From: Tubiluchus corallicola
Taxonomy: Eukaryota > Animalia > Priapulida
Assembly (NCBI GenBank): GCA_030141605.1
Contig: JAQGDQ010000018.1
Coordinates: 186,001 to 250,000, forward strand
Length of the DNA stretch: 64,000 nt
Direction: 5' to 3'
Part shown: one piece after another, positions 1 to 64,000 of the stretch
How positions within the stretch are numbered: the stretch's first letter is position 1
How the letters are laid out: every line of letters starts with the position of its first letter
Notes under the pieces: generated by a model
Told to the model about the DNA's origin: nothing
Databases searched by the model: none
The model's input: the letters and a program-made list of their open reading frames with translations, nothing else
Translations under genes and position numbers: made by a program

Positions 1-61809
<61,809 letters not shown>

Positions 61810-63389
61810 ATTGTGTAAAAAGGTATGGTTTATACATTTTTAAAACTTCAATTCTAAAACTTTAATAAAAATGAGCATCAATTTCAACATAGTTATAAGA
61901 AATAGTATCAGATGTTGTTACACTTAAGGATTTAAAAGCCCTCTGTCCGTGCAACAATAGCAAATATAGCGAGTTCAAGTTTGGCTGATGTTAACTTACT
62001 AGAGATAATTAAATTTCAGTGATTTATACATTATGCATAGGCCCGTAAACCACTGTGCAATGTGTTTTCATAATCGAAGTAATACTTTGGTTTGCTAAGA
62101 ATTCACATTATAAACTGATACTGTGGGTAACGAAAGACGGGTTTTACAATACGACGTTCTCATTTTGCTCACTTTATTACAGATTTTGGCATAGCTCTTT
62201 CTTATAGTCAGGATGTATATGGTTTGTAAAAGAAATGCAGAACTGCCTTCATTTAGAGATGCCTCATTGGAGAACCTCTTATTCTGTTTCCAATGGGAAA
62301 GAGAGTGATCATGAGCTGCGTTTCTCAATATTTCATTCTTGCTATTCCACGTAGAATTCATCCAATGCGAATTGCACTATAATAATGCTTTTCAAGTGTG
62401 ATCTGATGTATTTTGTTTATAGTTTAAGGACTTTTGTTGTTTTAGATTATGATATTTAGATTATAACTAGAGTTTTAAAACACCACTACTTGATGTTTAC
62501 AAAGGTAACTGCAGAGGAACACGAATATTTCCACAATTATGCTTGTTGAAGTCTCTTTTGTGTTGTTTTTTGTTGAAAACTTTTTGTGTGCTTAAACATG
62601 ATTGTACTATTTCCAACTCACAATGTGAGGCTTCTTTGTACTTCTCTATAACATTTAACTATAGGTATGCAGGTGATAGTTGTCCTGTGAAAAGATGCAA
62701 CACTTTCTACTCTAAAATAGGTTTTAAGAAGTTTTTTTATTTGAACTATGATGATCATCTAAATACAAGCTAGCATTAGTCAGTTAAAAACAAGTCAGTG
62801 TATTGTATCTGGTGGACATAGAAAGTGTGACTGTTTTAAACTGTTAATAGTTGTTATTATTTATAATAAGTTATCATCGTTTATGAAAACGAGTCCTTAA
62901 GTGCAGCTATTTTGGGATTTTTGATTTTGTTAGTTTTGTTATTTTAATTTAATCTGTTTCACAAAAATCTCTGAAATCTAAGGAAATTTTTTTATTGGCT
63001 GTTTTAATGAATGCATTTTATCACTGCTGCTGTGACTTTGTTGAAACAGTTAATGAATTAAACTTTTACATTAAACCACTGTCATTATGTTTTTTTTGTA
63101 TAGTCTGATTCTTTGAAAGCCATGATTCAGCACTCAGTGGAAGGCCTACTTAATGTAGTGATGGTTACAATGGGACCAGAATCTGGCTTATTATCTCAGA
63201 TAACTTATTGATATGAATCGTTGATCCAGTGATCCAGTAGATCCTGGTATTCTGAAGAGAACGAGAAAAGCCTACAAATGTCCACATTGTGCATCATTAG
63301 AGTCCAGCAGATGTGTTCAATAGATGTAATTTTTCTTAGCTGTTGCAGCCCTTTACCTTTACTGTATGCGAGCAGTCAATGCAAAACTG

Positions 63390-63997
63390 TTACATAGCTG
63401 TGAATGAGCAGCTAGCTAATAATACAAGAAAATTATCATCTATGAATATTTGCCCTGTGGTGCTGAAATGTTAAATTAACAAGAACACACACATGCACGT
63501 ATGCGCCCATTCTCACGCGTGCACATATGCACACACGCACACACACACACACACACATACATCTATTCAGTTTTGAAAATCAGGCCTATTTTTTTTGGCA
63601 AAAAAACAGTCTAAAGTCAGGCTTTTTGAAGCCTTGCTTATACAATTAGATACTCATTTCATTTATCAAGTATATCAGAAAACCTGTACTGTTGCATTAA
63701 AATAAAATTGATAATTACATATGTGTATACAATGATACATGTGTGATTTAGCAGCTTTGTATTTCTTAGACATTTGTTTGACTGATTTAGTTATAGTACA
63801 AAATTTATTGTTCAACTAGCACACGTCATGTAACTATAGGTACACATCGTAACTCAGTGGTGCTGATTGCAAAATAAAAATATAATTATAACTGCTGCTC
63901 TTACAAATAGCCCACTGCTGAAAGCCAGAGTTTAAGCCTGTGAGATTTGTATGGTGCAGAGAAAACGTCATTAACCATATCATATTCGAGTATACAG
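63390..63997 (-). CDS. Probable last two coding exons of an unidentified convergent neighbour gene
   Basis: Exon 63997-63905 (CILEYDMVNDVFSAPYKSHRLKLWLSAVGY, donor TT|gtaaga) joins in phase 2 to exon 63462-63390 (acceptor aacatttcag|, FTTGQIFIDDNFLVLLASCSFTAM*). Protein not recognised. Confidence 0.5.
63485..63561 (+). repeat. (CA)n microsatellite, imperfect
   Basis: acacacacatgcac...acacacacacacacacac. Confidence 0.9.
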
Positions 63998-64000
63998 CTA

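Noticed and set aside
62095-62361. 88-aa minus-strand ORF
   Set aside because: No recognisable domain or splice context; possibly decayed retroelement, unsupported.

Overview
AT-rich animal (metazoan) genomic DNA. Almost the whole window is the 3' part of one giant + strand sarcomeric gene of the obscurin/UNC-89 family. I traced 72 exons by hand from position 1 (5'-truncated) to a stop at 61807-61809. They keep one reading frame of about 3,490 aa: an alternating Ig/Fn3 array, then Fn3x3, Ig x6, Fn3, Ig, Ig, kinase 1, a short interkinase, Ig, Fn3 and kinase 2. Kinase 1 has intact catalytic motifs; kinase 2 looks like a pseudokinase. Two complete antisense genes are nested in its introns: a 4-exon SLC10 Na+/bile-acid-type symporter and an intronless class A GPCR with degenerate activation motifs. 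Splicing oddities are a U12 (minor spliceosome) intron in kinase 1, two GC-AG introns, a 27-nt microexon, and two large in-frame non-domain exons (2760-3518 and 39857-40462; the latter may start a kinase-only isoform). Introns also hold an RTE-type LINE fragment, several MITEs, a ~380-bp hairpin and microsatellites. The last two exons of a probable convergent gene lie at the right edge. All calls come from manual reading; no database searches were run and the species cannot be determined.
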